A stretch of DNA of 64,000 nucleotides from Rhina ancylostomus (GCA_030265395.1 JARFYF010000094.1:33531913-33595912); one strand, 5' to 3'. Positions 25,501 to 39,074 are shown, counted from the first letter of the stretch. Notes: generated from the sequence alone by a model not told the origin. A program made the numbers and translations.

Positions 25501-27185
25501 CCTCCTTTACAAAGGAAGCTTGATGACCTGCATGATTTCAGGTACTGATCATGTGGAGAATTAAAGAGATTAAACATCATCCTATAACTAATCAGATGTT
25601 TGACATAAAATTTAATTTGCATATTACCATTTCTAAAACCACAACACTAAACATTTATTTTGAAAAGCGCCACATAATTTTTATGTTTATTCTCAGGTGC
25701 TCTTTCTTTTTATTTTATATTATAATATACAAATAGTTATAATCAATGTTATAAATTAATGTTATAATCAATCAATTGTGACATATGTTTTACCATGTTT
25801 CCTGTGTGAATACATATGGTAAAAGTCCATAAACATTTACCAGTGCCTAATATTCAAAATTTTAATATGGCATTACATTTAGCTAACTACTATAATTTTT
25901 GCTGATTTTTAATGATAAAGTATTTCACTTAATTTGAAACTTAAATAAAATGCATGTCTCACCATAATCCAGGACTTTTATGGAAGAAATGAAAGTGACT
26001 CAAAATATACTTGAAGGGTGAGCTTTATAAGACCATCACTTGATACTGTTAGCCAAATTAATCTCCCAGGCAAAACATTTGCATGAAAGTTTTGTCCGAT
26101 GAGATGGCTGTTATACACACAACAGCATGCAACACAACTTTTAATTTTGTGAATCCCTGAAGGCTCGGGTGACTCCACCAACTACAAATGGAGATGAGTC
26201 AAATTTGCCAAGATGGTTTAAACAGACTAGCGTACGCTTCTCACACACATTAATTAAAAACTCCCACTGGTCTGTTGAGATAAAGACTTGACAAACAACG
26301 TGCAGCAGCTGCAGTTACGTGCAAGCCTGCTTTAAGTTTGCTTTTGACATTAAAAAAAACTGGCTTAATTGAAGCTTGTAAAAGCCTAGCCCATAGTTGT
26401 TTTTAGAGATGGCATATTTAGCAACTAGACAGAATAAACTTCCCTTGCAGTTATCATCACTACATCACTAAATAAGACAGCAGATTCTTAAGTACCAGTT
26501 TCTAGTTGTTAAAGCCCTGCTCTCAAAGCATGCTTCATATGCAATCCTATGGGAACAATATCTGAAGACAAGCTAATGCAAAGGCAAAAGCATTTCAATA
26601 AACAGTCATCATTTCTTTTTGTTGGTACCTTTGTGCTCCAGCTCAAGGTTCTGTCATCCATTTCCTTCCAGTGCTCTGAAGTTAAAGTAGTATCATCTAT
26701 AATCCAGGCTGTGCATGCACATTATAAATAAGAAATAAAAGAGGCTTTCAGTACACTACTTCTGCATTAGCTGCCTATCCTCTGTTTCTATCTCCATGTC
26801 TGGATTTTGATCATTAATACTTACCTATCTGTGCACAATGTGCCGGCAGTGAAATGCACCTTATATGAAACATAAAAACAAAAACTTAAAGTAGGCAAGG
26901 TCTCAATTTCAATTGTTAAAATTAATTTAGCCTTCAACCATTTTGTCCTGACAAGAAATGAGACCAGTTAGATGTCCTAACATTTTAGTTTAAACAGTGA
27001 TTATTTTGTAGTTTCTTTAGTAGATATTACTTTAGAAAGCAAAAGAGGAAAAAGCAGATTCTAATGCTTTAATTTCAAAAGCAAAGAATTTATGACCATG
27101 AAATTGGAGCCTGTAACACCCATTTCTTAGATGCTACAGGTGTTGATTCAGTTTGAAATTTATGCAGAATGAGAATATGCACATT

Positions 27186-27455
27186 TTAAGATAAGATGTA
27201 GTTCACATCTACATTGAAACGTGTCTTTTTGCGTAGTTTTCTGGGGGCAGCTCGCAAGTGTCGCCTCGCTTCCGGCACCAACATAGTATGCCCACAACTT
27301 CCTAACCCGCATGTCTTTAGAATGTGGGAGGAAAACGGAACACCCGGAGGAAACCCACGCAGACATGGGGAGAACATACAAACTCCTTACAGATAGTGGC
27401 GGGAATAGAACCCGGGTCACTGACGCTGTAATAGCGTTACGCCAACCACTACACA
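27186..27455 (-). mobile_element. V-SINE, same family as 9018-9315
   Basis: Plus strand GGAAAACGGAACACCCGGAGGAAACCCACGCAGAC is the reverse complement of the V-domain. Head GTAGTGGTTGGCGTAACGCTATTACAGCG...CCGGGTTC. Confidence 0.88.
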
Positions 27456-27799
27456 GATGGAAATGCATGTGTTATTTGTGCATGCCAGAAGTATGCAGAG
27501 TAAGCATATCATAGCAACCCGAATGTGATGCTTATTTAATGCCAGCTGCCAAATTAGATCTTGATGATCCAGCTAATACCATGTATTTTAGCACATGTGG
27601 AAAAACAAGGATTTAACAGCAAAAAGAACACTACATGCCCTCATGCCAAAAAGGACCTGTGGAGCTTGGAAGTGTTTAATAGCTGGACTACCCCGTGATA
27701 GACAAGATGTATACAAGAGTTATGGCTGAATGTACTTTGTGCACATAGTCCCAAACTATTGCTGCCTTAGTGCTTTAGTGGTTATTCCTTTGAATCTGC

Positions 27800-28720
27800 A
27801 ATATAACATGGAAGAGAGTGTCCATGGACTAATGACAACTTGCTGGAAAAGGGAGAAGAGGGACAGTAGGGCTCTCAGCAGAAAAACCCATCCACAAAAA
27901 GGAACATTTCTCCTATACCTAGGTAAGCAAGAAGAAAGGAGAGACTCCATCTCAAAGGATGCGCCCACAAAGTTCTGACAGGTACCACACTGCATCTGCA
28001 TTGCAGAGAAGGACCAGGTCCACTCTGCCAATGGAAAGGGAGGCCACTGTGGCAATGAATTGCTGTTTCTTGGTTTTTCCAGGCTGGTACTTGGGACAGC
28101 AGTAAACATTTCTTTACTTGCTGTGCACAAAATTGCTTCGACAGATAATGAGCTTGATTTCATCGACTTTTCCTTGGGGAATGAGCAGGAAGCACTGAAA
28201 CCAAAGAAATCCTTGAGAATTGCAATCTTCCCAATGGACATGGAGTCAACAACTCCACCTATCTTGCCTTGCGGGCACCACATGAGAATCTGGAGATGTA
28301 CAATAAACCAAAGGATCTTGCTCCATGAAAGTATAACTCATCTGCAATCATTCCCAAAAACTCAGAATGGTTAATCCATGATGACCTGACAGCAGTCCTC
28401 ATTCACACATCTTGAAACAGACTGCTGTGCACTATTTTTGAATCAACATGCCAATTCAAAAGGTCTGAGATATGCTCTGGCTCCTCACACCAATCCAGAA
28501 CCCAGCCACCAGATGGAAATGCTCCCAGAATGAAAGATAGGCTGTTGTCAGCACATTACCGAACAAATCACTCTTCCACTACCTGGGTTACTCTGGCCGT
28601 ATCTTTCAGTATACAACAGAGCAACTATCTCCATTCTTCATTACATATTGGAACCTCCACAACCTGGCAATAATGCCAGAAGGGGGACAAGAATCAGCAA
28701 GAGAAAGAAAGGAGTAGGCA
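27800..28720 (+). mobile_element. Decayed PIF/Harbinger transposase (HARBI1-like DDE) relic
   Basis: TLPMEREATVAMNC at about 28022 (cf. LPVAVKVTVALNF), FLGFSR at about 28065, and FHYLGYSGRIFQYTTEQLSPFFITYWNLHNLA at 28574-28669 (cf. FRCLD.SGGALQY.P......IVACCxLHN). Confidence 0.7.
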
Positions 28721-28849
28721 TGGATGGGAGCTCCTTTCTGCTCAGCAGCCAGGGAGAAGCGAAGAGTAAGATTTTAATAAATAAAATCCTAGTTCCATTA
28801 GCAACTCCTCAGGGAATTAAATAATATGCACCTGCATTGCAGAAAGATG

Positions 28850-29610
28850 TACACAACATTCAGACTTTGCCTGATAAATAACATCCAAGTGACAGGCAAT
28901 GAGCGTTTTTAACCAAGACAAAAATCTAATCACTATCCCCTCTCCCAACAGTCATGGATATTCAATGGCATTAACTTAGCAGAATCCAGTATCATTAACA
29001 TCCCTGAAGTTACAACTCACTAGAATGGTGACAAGGTCAGCCATGCAAATATTCTGGGTTTCAAAAGGTCAGTGGTTGTGCATGCTGTAGCAAGGGACTT
29101 GTTTCCTAACATCCCAGAAACATTCTGCAAGCCATATTAAAGTGACAGAACTATCTGCATTTCCAACTAAACTCAAGAAATTACATTTTCCAGGACAGAA
29201 CAATTGGCACACCATCCACCAGCCCGACCATTTCCTCCTTCCATCACCCATGGACCACTTGCATCATCCATGAAACATATTGCAGCAACTCACTTAAGAC
29301 TTCTTTGACAGCATCTCCCAACCACACAAATTCTACCACCTAGAAGGCTGAGGATACTGCAAGTGTATGGGAACACCACTACCTGCAAATTCCCCTCCAA
29401 GTCATAAATCATACCAATTTGGGAATATATCACACCTCCATCGTGACTGGACCAGGTCCAGGAAGTCTCTACTCAGCCAAGAGTGAGCATCTTCACCATA
29501 AAAACTAAAGTAATTCAAAGAAATCTGGCTTACACATCCTTCTCATGGCAATTAAGTATTCACATTAAATGTCGGCCTTGCCAGCAACACCTATATCTAC
29601 TGAGCGAATA
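28850..29610 (+). mobile_element. 3' fragment of the LINE family at 4120-6850
   Basis: Shares CTACCACC.A.AA.GAC.AGG, CATCTTCACCA and the tail CCTTCTCA.GG.AATTA...TAAATGT.GGCCTTGCCAGC with 6620-6850. Confidence 0.7.
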
Positions 29611-29699
29611 CGCTTGTTTAAAAAAAGTGCATTCCAATAGTATTTCCAATTTACCCTTTGTTCCCAATCACCTGAGTGCAATTAATCACAAATATTGAA

Positions 29700-30426
29700 T
29701 ACAAGGCCACAACCCTGTCTTCATCAACAGAGCTGCTGTAAAGCTGGTTGACAGCTTTAAGTTCCTTGGCATCCACATCACTAGAAACCTCACCTAGTCC
29801 CTCCACACTGATGCAATGATCAAGAAAGCATGCAATTTCTTAGGCGAGATGATTCAGCTTGTCACAAGGATTCTCTCGAACTTATACAGATGGATTATAG
29901 GAAGTATCCTGACGGGTCGCATCTCGGCCTGGTATGGCAACTGCTCTGTTCTGGAGTGACAAAACCTGTAGAGAGTGTTAAACACTACCCAGTCCATCGT
30001 CACTGTGCATTGCTTCAGGAAGGCTCATGGTCAAAGATACCTGGCACCCTGGCCATTCCCTTTTCTCTCTTTATCTCTGGGAGAAGATGCAGGAGCTTGA
30101 AAGTCTGGATGACCAGACTTAAGGAAAGCTTCTTGCCCACTGCAAGAAGAGATTTCTGAACTGAACACCTCTTTCACTTCCCCTTCCAGGGGGTGTTGCC
30201 ACATTCTCAGACTCTTAATTCTACCTCCATTATTAATTCCATTATTGTCACTTTAGCATTTCTTTCTGCACTACTTAAGATTGCACCATGTTGTTTTGCA
30301 CTTGTTACTGTATTTATTGTTGTATTTATTATTACCAAGTACACTGCTTACTCTGTGAGCTTCATGCAAGCAAGGAATTTCACTGCACCCTGGTGTACAT
30401 GACAATAAACTAATCTGAATCTGAAC
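29700..30426 (+). mobile_element. Rex1/Babar-type LINE 3' fragment
   Basis: SFKFLGIHITRNLT*SLHTDAMIKKA...FLRR and SGRRCRSLKVWMTRLKESFLP.A are Rex1-type C-terminal motifs. Tail TGTACATGACAATAAACTA(ATCTGA)2. Confidence 0.78.
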
Positions 30427-30712
30427 CATGAACAAACCCAGATTAACAGTCCAAACCATATTTGTATATCCAGCAATGAAATAAAAAACAGAAACAGCAT
30501 AAACTACCTTCATGCATTTTTTCCCCATGGCTTTCCCCAGTGAATAGAACATGACTAGAGGAAGGTTGCCACCTTGAAGTGGAGGAAGTGCCAGACAGCA
30601 CCATCAGGCCCAGCTCCAGACTGCAACTCTCTCAGCACAAGCACCAGTAGTCAGCTGACCAACGCTGACAGACAACACTAAGGGCACTGGCAGAACAGCA
30701 GTGGTATCATCA

Positions 30713-30809
30713 CAAAAACAAATACAGAAAATGCTGGAAATACTCAGCAGGTGAGGCTACATCTGTGGGAAGCAACAGCAGAGTTAACGTTTCAGAACTA
30801 TTCTGATGA
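30713..30809 (+). repeat. Arm of the palindromic interspersed repeat running into a gap
   Basis: ACAGAAAATGCTGGAAATACTCAGCAGGTGAGGCTACATCTGTGGGAAG...GAGTTAACGTTTCAG. Confidence 0.75.
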
Positions 30810-31354
30810 NNNNNNNNNNNNNNNNNNNNNNNNNNNNNNNNNNNNNNNNNNNNNNNNNNNNNNNNNNNNNNNNNNNNNNNNNNNNNNNNNNNNNNNNNNN
30901 NNNNNNNNNNNNNNNNNNNNNNNNNNNNNNNNNNNNNNNNNNNNNNNNNNNNNNNNNNNNNNNNNNNNNNNNNNNNNNNNNNNNNNNNNNNNNNNNNNNN
31001 NNNNNNNNNNNNNNNNNNNNNNNNNNNNNNNNNNNNNNNNNNNNNNNNNNNNNNNNNNNNNNNNNNNNNNNNNNNNNNNNNNNNNNNNNNNNNNNNNNNN
31101 NNNNNNNNNNNNNNNNNNNNNNNNNNNNNNNNNNNNNNNNNNNNNNNNNNNNNNNNNNNNNNNNNNNNNNNNNNNNNNNNNNNNNNNNNNNNNNNNNNNN
31201 NNNNNNNNNNNNNNNNNNNNNNNNNNNNNNNNNNNNNNNNNNNNNNNNNNNNNNNNNNNNNNNNNNNNNNNNNNNNNNNNNNNNNNNNNNNNNNNNNNNN
31301 NNNNNNNNNNNNNNNNNNNNNNNNNNNNNNNNNNNNNNNNNNNNNNNNNNNNNN
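30810..31354. other. Assembly gap
   Basis: Run of N. Confidence 1.
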
Positions 31355-31839
31355 AGACGGTTGGGTTTGCAAATGCTGAAATGGAACTGATCACAACTTC
31401 CATGTTGGAAAGGATAGTCTCCAGGTTCCACATAAAGTCACAAGCAAGACTGGAGCTGAGTTACCCATGCTCATTGATATTTCACATATGCTGTTTGGTA
31501 GCTCAGTCAGTACATCAAAGCATTTTGTTCTGCACCAATGTCAGTATTTTCTGTCAGCTACCTTATTGAATCTCTTATTTGGTTCCTTTGCAGCAGAAAA
31601 GTCTAGGGACTGGGGACCTGGTATCTGAATTACCTTATGTCTACTGTGGCAGATCACTGCTCATACTTGATAACTCACCACATGCAGAGCCCATCTCTAC
31701 ATAGCATGTTAAATGTCAGTGTCTGAACTGGTGACTGCATCTGTCAGATCAAGTTGCTCTGTCACTGGGATCAATGGGACTTCTCAGCTATCTGAAAGGA
31801 GCAAGGCATATGGGTGAAATTCAGAGTGGGGAAGAGGAT

Positions 31840-32100
31840 GGAGTTACCAGGTGAAAGTCCATGCATACACCTTCTGCAGCTTATCAACCGAAAGAGATTT
31901 TGGGATAAGGGATAAGTGGATGAGCAAAACATCACTTTCAATGGTATATGATTTACCGCTGACCAGACACTTTGGAGGCTGCTCAAGACGAATGACCAGC
32001 AGATACGCCTCCAGACAAAAAGCCACTGGACCTAGACTTGACACCTACTGGTTTGATGATCCCCATGCTGATTATTTGTTATCCTCCCCTACAAGAGAGT
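31840..32100 (+). mobile_element. Possible further, very decayed Harbinger transposase fragment
   Basis: Motif order TTACCAGG...GTCCATGCATAC (YPGSVHD-like), GGGATAAGGGATAA (GDKGY-like), QTLWRLLKT (EQTIGLLK-like); needs frameshifts. Confidence 0.3.
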
Positions 32101-33899
32101 GAAACGTACTAATGAATATTTTGCAATGCAAGAGTGGATAACATCCTCTCATGAGTGATTATAATTTATACAGCATGTATAAACTGTGAGATATGGGCTC
32201 AAGACCTGGTGTGTGTGAAGATGTGACATTTAAATGTCAGATATCAGCTCCAATGTTAGATATGGTTTGAAGTTGAGAGACAGGTATATATTGTTTGGAT
32301 CAGTGTACAAGGTTAATTGTGCAATTGATGGGATTTGGTGAGCATTAACTGACCTTGAGCATGCATACATGCCGTGTGGTACTGCTTTCAGGCCTTTGAG
32401 ACTTCATTCTTCATATTGGCCCTGAAAACCATCTCCTCCCCCTGCCACCTGCTCAGAGGACTTGCTGGCTCCATGTGAGAAGAACAGCTCTCTACCCCTT
32501 TATCATGTTGATCAAGGATAAGAAAGCCTCATCAGATAACTTATCTTTCTGCCATCTCATCCATAAAGCTCAAGGCTTCCAAATAACTTCTACCACTAAC
32601 ACACCTCCCTTTTAAGGGGTACAGGGTTGCTGTTAATCACCAGCTAGTTTGAAATAGTGGTAGCTCCTTTTGAAATTGGGTCTATGGATATATGCACTAA
32701 GGTAATAAGCACTGGCTGGCTACTGATTCCATGCTAATGAGGTGGGAACAGGAATTTTGCACGTGTTCTGCACCAAGTCAAATAGGCATCAGTTAACTGT
32801 GCATCACGATCCCAAGGCTCATTTCCTAGCACATTCAAATTTAGCCCCTCATGTTTTTAATCCAGATGTCTAAAAAGAAATCCATAAAGTTACCCAAGGT
32901 ATCAAACTATTATAACTAATGGAGATTAAACTAAAATAATGAGAACTGATAAATCCTTCCTATGAACTGTTCACTGTTTAATGATGCATTAGTGTTTCTA
33001 CACTGGTTGGACGACAAACTCAATGATCACATAGCTTGGAGAGAATGTCTATCTGATGAATCTCTTTAATGGCATTTATATGTCATAACAGAGGGGGAAA
33101 GATCAAGATGTGTATTTGCATAAACCATTGTGAAGTCAGCCAGCCTACTCTGCCGTCAGTCAGAAAAACATTCATTACGTTCCCACACTCACATTTCTAA
33201 AAACCAACGAGATAAACAAAATGCTTAATCTTCAAATACTTTTTACTTTTAAGCTAGAACAAGACAACTTGCTCATGAGTTACAAGGACTGAAAAATGTG
33301 ACATCCATCTCTGCTCTTTTAGAAAATAAAACACTGATATGAAAGTATAAGCATACGTAAAATAAATATATGTATTCAAACCATTTATTCACATTCTAGT
33401 CTTTTATACTTTGTATTCAGTAGTTTTAAGGACAATGGACAAACAAAAAATATACTCGCCACTGTTCTTCCAGGATGTTCAATAGCTTCAGGCCAGGACA
33501 AATATCTTTTCATCTTATTTCTTACACTATTTCCCTTTCTTCCTCCACTCTATTTGGCATACAATTGCTTTTATTTTCCAAGCACTTTAGTAGAATCGAT
33601 AGTTTGTAATCTTAAATCACACTGTTTTAAACGTCAGAGGGGGAGAAACTGAACTGTACAGGAAAATGTATAGTGGGACCATGACTGTTGATTAACCAAT
33701 TTTTCATCTAGCTAAGAATGCACACAAAATATCTGTTCCTGCTTTATTACCAGTGTCCAGGTGCATAAGTCACCTATTTATTGCCTTTTTGTATACCTGT
33801 GGGGTGCTGGCTGTCTGTTCATACTGACTGAAGCCATGGCTGCACATCTTAATGAGATGTTCTTGGATCGTTGTACATCTGGACTATTTTGCATAGATA

Positions 33900-34230
33900 G
33901 GCCCAGCTGCAGGGCTACATAGCGATTTGAACAGAAGAATGAGAATTTTAAACCAAAGACTTTTGCAGACTGGAAGTAGTGAACATGGGTGATACATAAA
34001 CTGAATTTGGTAGCATTTCAGATATGAGGAGCAGAGTTTCAGNNNNNNNNNNNNNNNNNNNNNNNNNNNNNNNNNNNNNNNNNNNNNNNNNNNNNNNNNN
34101 NNNNNNNNNNNNNNNNNNNNNNNNNNNNNNNNNNNNNNNNNNAGGAGCAGAGTTTCAGATAAACTGAACTTTAAAGACCGTGAGGTGGGCCATTAGAAAA
34201 GTTGGGTCCAGAGGGAATGAAAAGTTGGAT
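33900..34230 (-). mobile_element. L2 LINE fragment interrupted by a 100-N gap
   Basis: GATTTGAACAGAAGAATGAGAATTTTAAA is the reverse complement of FKILILLFKS; GCAGAGTTT corresponds to the NSA of QNSAAR. Confidence 0.6.
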
Positions 34231-35194
34231 TTGTTCTTAAATTCTTCATTTGTTTTTGTGCTATTTTTTTTAAAATGCTGTAACTTCTTCCATATCTCCA
34301 GCAGATCCCTTTAAAATAATCACTTGAGTTAATTCTTTTATTGGCATGCCATCATACTTAGCACCTCTTTTTCATACCTCATATGTGGCTCTCCAAGTCT
34401 ATTTGCATTTTTCCATAACAGAGGTTACCAGCAATAGCAGGAACTTGATGGAAAACATGTTTTTCTTAAAAGTCATTGAGTCATTTTCAAAAGAAATAGT
34501 GCACTGAATGGCTGAATTAATGAATTTTCCAACATTTAGCAGCTTGATCATTATTGGGAGTTATTATTGCAGGTGCGTTGTGACTGTCTGCCAGCAACAC
34601 TTCACTAAGCAATTGCATTATTATTGGATATAACACATTTCCAAGCAGGATTTAGTGGCAATATATTTCTCCTAATTTCCATAACTAAAGGAATGTTGGA
34701 GTCAATGAGTATGGTAAAATATTGCTCAAGAAGTTTCACAATAATAAAATGCTTTAACTTAAATGTTTATGGATGTATACACCCATGTTTCCACATCCAT
34801 TTAATTTTAAAGGAAATTGAGAGTTGATGATGGGATATGCCTTATTAAAATGTGCTAAAATGTGATGGGCTCTATACTAACAATGACAACTGATTGATAT
34901 TTTTTCCTTCCACAAGCAAAATAAACAACTACAAGCCAGATACTTTGGTTACATTTGCTAAACATGCAATAACATGGAGGTGCATTTTGGACTATATTGA
35001 AAAAGTCAATGAAGCCACATTTCATAAGCAGAATAACATGCACCCCTTACTAAAACGGTGTATTCATCAAATGAAATCAGGGACAATTTTCTACCCCAGA
35101 TGCGAGTGAGGCAGCAATTGTTGAGGAAAAGTGCCTTACAAAATGTTGCTTCCACAAGGTGGTACTCATCAAGATATGCTACACGAGAATCGAA

Positions 35195-35410
35195 AAATAA
35201 CCGATGCTGGAAATCTTAAAAACAGAATATGCGAGATACCCTCAGCAATCAAGCAGCATCTGTGGAAAGAGGAACAGAGTTAACATTTCAGGTTGAAGAC
35301 CCTTTGTCTTACACAAGTTCTGATGCAGGGTCCTAACCGGAAACATTAATAGTTTCTCTTTCCACAGATCCTGCCCAACCTGCTAAGTGCTTCCAATATC
35401 TTTGGATTTT
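35195..35410. repeat. Complete palindromic (MITE-like or Penelope-associated) element
   Basis: Left arm GCAGCATCTGTGGAAAGAGGAACAGAGTTAACATTTCAGGTTGAAGACCCT pairs with right arm AGGGTCCTAACCGGAAACATTAATAGTTTCTCTTTCCACAGATCCTGC. Confidence 0.8.
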
Positions 35411-35469
35411 AATTAAGATATGCCATGCGCTGCGACCAGAGTGACAAGCATATGGTAGCTTATCCTGTT

Positions 35470-35885
35470 ATGTTACTGCATTCGCTTTCAGAATACGAAA
35501 GGCCAGAATCTTGGGCTAATGACCAGAGTCCCAAGTTCAAATCATACTAGTTATTTAATCAAGTAATTGAATAAGAAGCTAATATCAGTAATGCTATTGA
35601 AACAAATTGGTCCTCATTAAAGAAAAATCGCTTTAGCTCCTTAGTCCCTTTAGAGAAGTAATTTGCCATCTTTAGCATGTAATCTACATATGACACCAAA
35701 CTCATGGCAACATTATAGACTCTTAACTACACTCTGATGCAGCCTAGCAAGCCACTCAGTGGTATCAAAAACAAAACATCAATGTTTATAATTCACAGAA
35801 TCTGTTGTGTTTCATTGCCATCTTCATTAGGACAAATAGGGATGAGCCACAAATGCTGGACTTGTATATCTCATGAATGAATAAA
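35470..35885 (+). mobile_element. tRNA-headed SINE made of the head and tail of the 4120-6850 LINE
   Basis: B-box-like AGTTCAAATC, body GACTCTTAACTACACTCTGA...CCTAGCAAGCCACTCAGT, tail TAGGGATGAGCCACAAATGCTGG...ATGAATGAATAAA. Confidence 0.65.
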
Positions 35886-35899
35886 ACTCCAATTACAGG

Positions 35900-36200
35900 G
35901 CAGGACAGGAACCATGCAGACAGTGGCAATGACAGTGGCCTTGAATTTCTACCCTTCCATGTCTTTCCAGGTTAGTGCTACAGACTCCATCATGTCACAA
36001 GGCTCTGTAGTCCCAAAACACACAAATTCCTTTCCTTCTCCCTGGAGAGCCAGCACCAGGAAGTGCAGTGACATAGATTCACCAGGACTGTGGTCTTCCC
36101 AATAACACTGGGAGTATTTATGATATAGAAGGAATATCATCAATGAGTGTTCAGTTGGACACCTGCGGTATGCAAAAGATCTCAAGATCAACATCTATTA
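35900..36200 (+). mobile_element. PIF/Harbinger transposase relic
   Basis: ORF 35914 reads VAMTVALNFYPSMSFQ (cf. VKVTVALNFYASGSFQ), then RFTRTVVFPITLGVF (GF..IAGFP...G.ID) and AGAAGGAATATCATCAATGAGTGTTCAGTTG (RKGYHSxNVQL-like). Confidence 0.72.
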
Positions 36201-36959
36201 TTAGGGAACAGTCATCTCTAAATCTTCTTGCTATAATCTACCATACCTTGCCTTTGAGCTGCAATACCAAACCACAAAGTTTGGTGCCTGGAGGCTTCTG
36301 GCCACCTGGGTACTTTCTGGTCACCTTGTTTTTAGAGCTACACCAAAAAAAAATCAGAGTCCATTTGCAAATTTCTTCAAGCTAGCTGCTAGGCAAGTTC
36401 CTGGCATGGATCAACCTCACTTTAAAAAGTGCAAGCAAGCCTTTAATCCAAGATAGCTACTTTATTCAAATGCTATTTGGTGAAAATGGACATTTTAGCT
36501 CCAGGCTAAGCCAAAGAACACCAAACAGTGGCTAAAATTATTTTCATGAGTTTGTACCACTAATGATTTTTGTGCTTTCTCTGCGCATGTATTAATGGAC
36601 CTAATGGGCATGTGTTAATCAAGTATTGCAATCCTAGCATTTTTCCAGGATTATCCAATTTAACTCACAAAATGTTAAAACATTTCTCTAACAGAGGCAG
36701 TACCTCCCGTGTTCTCATGTTTCCAATATATCATAATTGGATCAGTGCACTAAGATGCCAAGAGAGTATTGAAGCTTTATCTAAGTTACGCCTTTTTGAG
36801 ATTTCTTAAAAGCACCATTGACAAAAAGAAACAGTCCCTAAAAGAGTGAGAAGTTTTCATGCCTCTGTGCAGCTTTGAGCAGTCTATAACTTCCATTTCC
36901 TCACATTCCCTTTATACTACCAAGTACGGTATAAGACAGTGATTTCTTTAACAAATAAC

Positions 36960-37075
36960 TGAATAGATATAGGCTGCGAGGAAAGAGCAGAAGAGCGAGA
37001 TTTACTGAATGGCTCTTTCAAAGAGGCACAATAGGCTAAATGATCTTCTTCTGTACTGTACGATTCTATGATTCT
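36960..37075 (+). mobile_element. CR1 3' tail fragment
   Basis: GGCACAATAGGCTAAATGATCTTCTTCTGTACTGTACGATTCTATGATTCT shows the CR1 hairpin and ATTCTATG repeat. Confidence 0.7.
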
Positions 37076-39074
37076 GTAAGATATTGGGGGCAAATCTGCA
37101 ATCTGGCACTCGTGGAAGCAAATGTTGGGAAATCAGAGACACAAGATCTGTGATTTATTGTTCATTAATGAGCAGAAAACCATGAACCACTTGAAGAGAT
37201 ACAGTGTCGCTGAGTGCTACTCCTTGCTGTGTGCTCCCAGATCACTGAATCACTCCTGCTGCTAAGTACTGTTCTGTTAAAATGTGACATAGAAAAACGC
37301 ACTTTTCTAACCACTGTGATACATTTATACTCGCATAGAACCTTCTTCAAAGAAGAAAATCAAGTTGGGGTTTGCATTGTTTAAGCTGTTATCCAATCTG
37401 ATGTATTACAAAATATTCATTTGTACCTGGTGTTTTAAATAATGGATCATTTGGCAATTTTTGTTTGAACAGCCAAGCCATTTTCACAGGTGAACAGAGA
37501 TGGTTAAGAAGGTGGATGCACCTAGAACATAGGTAATATCTACACAGAATTACTTAAAGGTTATAACAATAAAAACTTAGTGCTTGATGGATTTATTCTT
37601 GGATGCAAGTGCCCATGTAAAGGAATCCCACTGTAGTAAACTTCAAACAATCCCTAGGTAATTCCAAGTTATTAAATGTGAAAACTGACCACAACCTGGC
37701 AATAGATTTCTTTTACATTTTGTAATTAACAAGGTTTGAGATGCCAGGAGATAGCAAGATGTGAACCTCCTCAAAATGTACATAATAATACCCAGATAGT
37801 CCATAAGCTATTACTGTGGTTTCTTTGAATATTCTGTTTGTGCTATCTATTCACAAATGGCAACACTCCAAAAGGGGATTGCCATTAAATGACTTTTAAA
37901 CCACTTGATAAGGACATAAAAAAGAAAATATTCTACTTTGCTCTCTACCATCTCTCCTTCAGGCAGATATAGTAACCTACAAAGTGGTTACTTTATCCAC
38001 TGGTAAAAGAGGATAGCATCTAAATTAAATGCACTTTTCTCCCCTCCCTACCTACAATTTTATAGGAAAGCAACTATTCCACTGGATTCTTGAATGAATT
38101 GTATTAACTAGCTTGTCTGCAGTCACCCAAATGTGACAACAAAAACCACTAATCATGATAAGAACGAAGCATATAAGTAAATTCATAAACAACAATAACT
38201 GCCAAAGAAGCATCATTCTTCAGAAATACCACTTGAAAAAGATGGAATGAGTGGGACTACGTTTTGGATACCCTGCACTGCTAATGTGAAAAATAGATGA
38301 AGAATTCCTAGAACAGAATAAATCGGAAATATTTTAGTCAAAATATTTCTTGCTGTGAAAGCAGTTCAATAAGCCACACAATACTGAACAAACATACAAA
38401 AGCATTCCCTTAACGTGTCATTCACTGGCAGCTGTTCCACTGCACCTGGATAATGTTTATACTTCATAACTTCAAGTCCCACATACTTATGGATAATGAC
38501 AATAAATAGCAAAGCTTTAAAATGGAAAATGGGCTTCTTCAACTCAGTTTACATTTGTTCCTCAACAACAACTATTGCTACCAGTATTTGCTATTNNNNN
38601 NNNNNNNNNNNNNNNNNNNNNNNNNNNNNNNNNNNNNNNNNNNNNNNNNNNNNNNNNNNNNNNNNNNNNNNNNNNNNNNNNNNNNNNNNNNNNNNTCATC
38701 TGTTGAACACTTATTTCACAAACAAAGATGTAGTTCCTTCTTTAAACATTAAAAGATTTCACCTTTTTTTAGGAAAGCACTAGGAACTTTCTAAAACAAC
38801 ACAGAAGTAACTTTACAAGTCAGTTCTGTGGCATGGATCCTTGCTCAGTAGCAGACCATACTGGAATTTTAGGAGTGCAGTGCCCACATTTTCCAATTAT
38901 TATAATAATATCTGATTAAATGTGTAAAATTTATTATACATTTACTCTAATACACAATTCAACATATTAATAAAAACAGCAAAAAACTTGTATGCCTGTA
39001 ATCCGCTGTTCACTGATCCACTGTAAAGTCTGAATGATTTGAAATTGCCTCAGAGTCTGACTGCTTCAAGATTT

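Noticed and set aside
27756-28283. 175-aa minus-strand ORF as a novel gene or exon
   Set aside because: No recognisable homology; it is antisense to a decayed Harbinger transposase.
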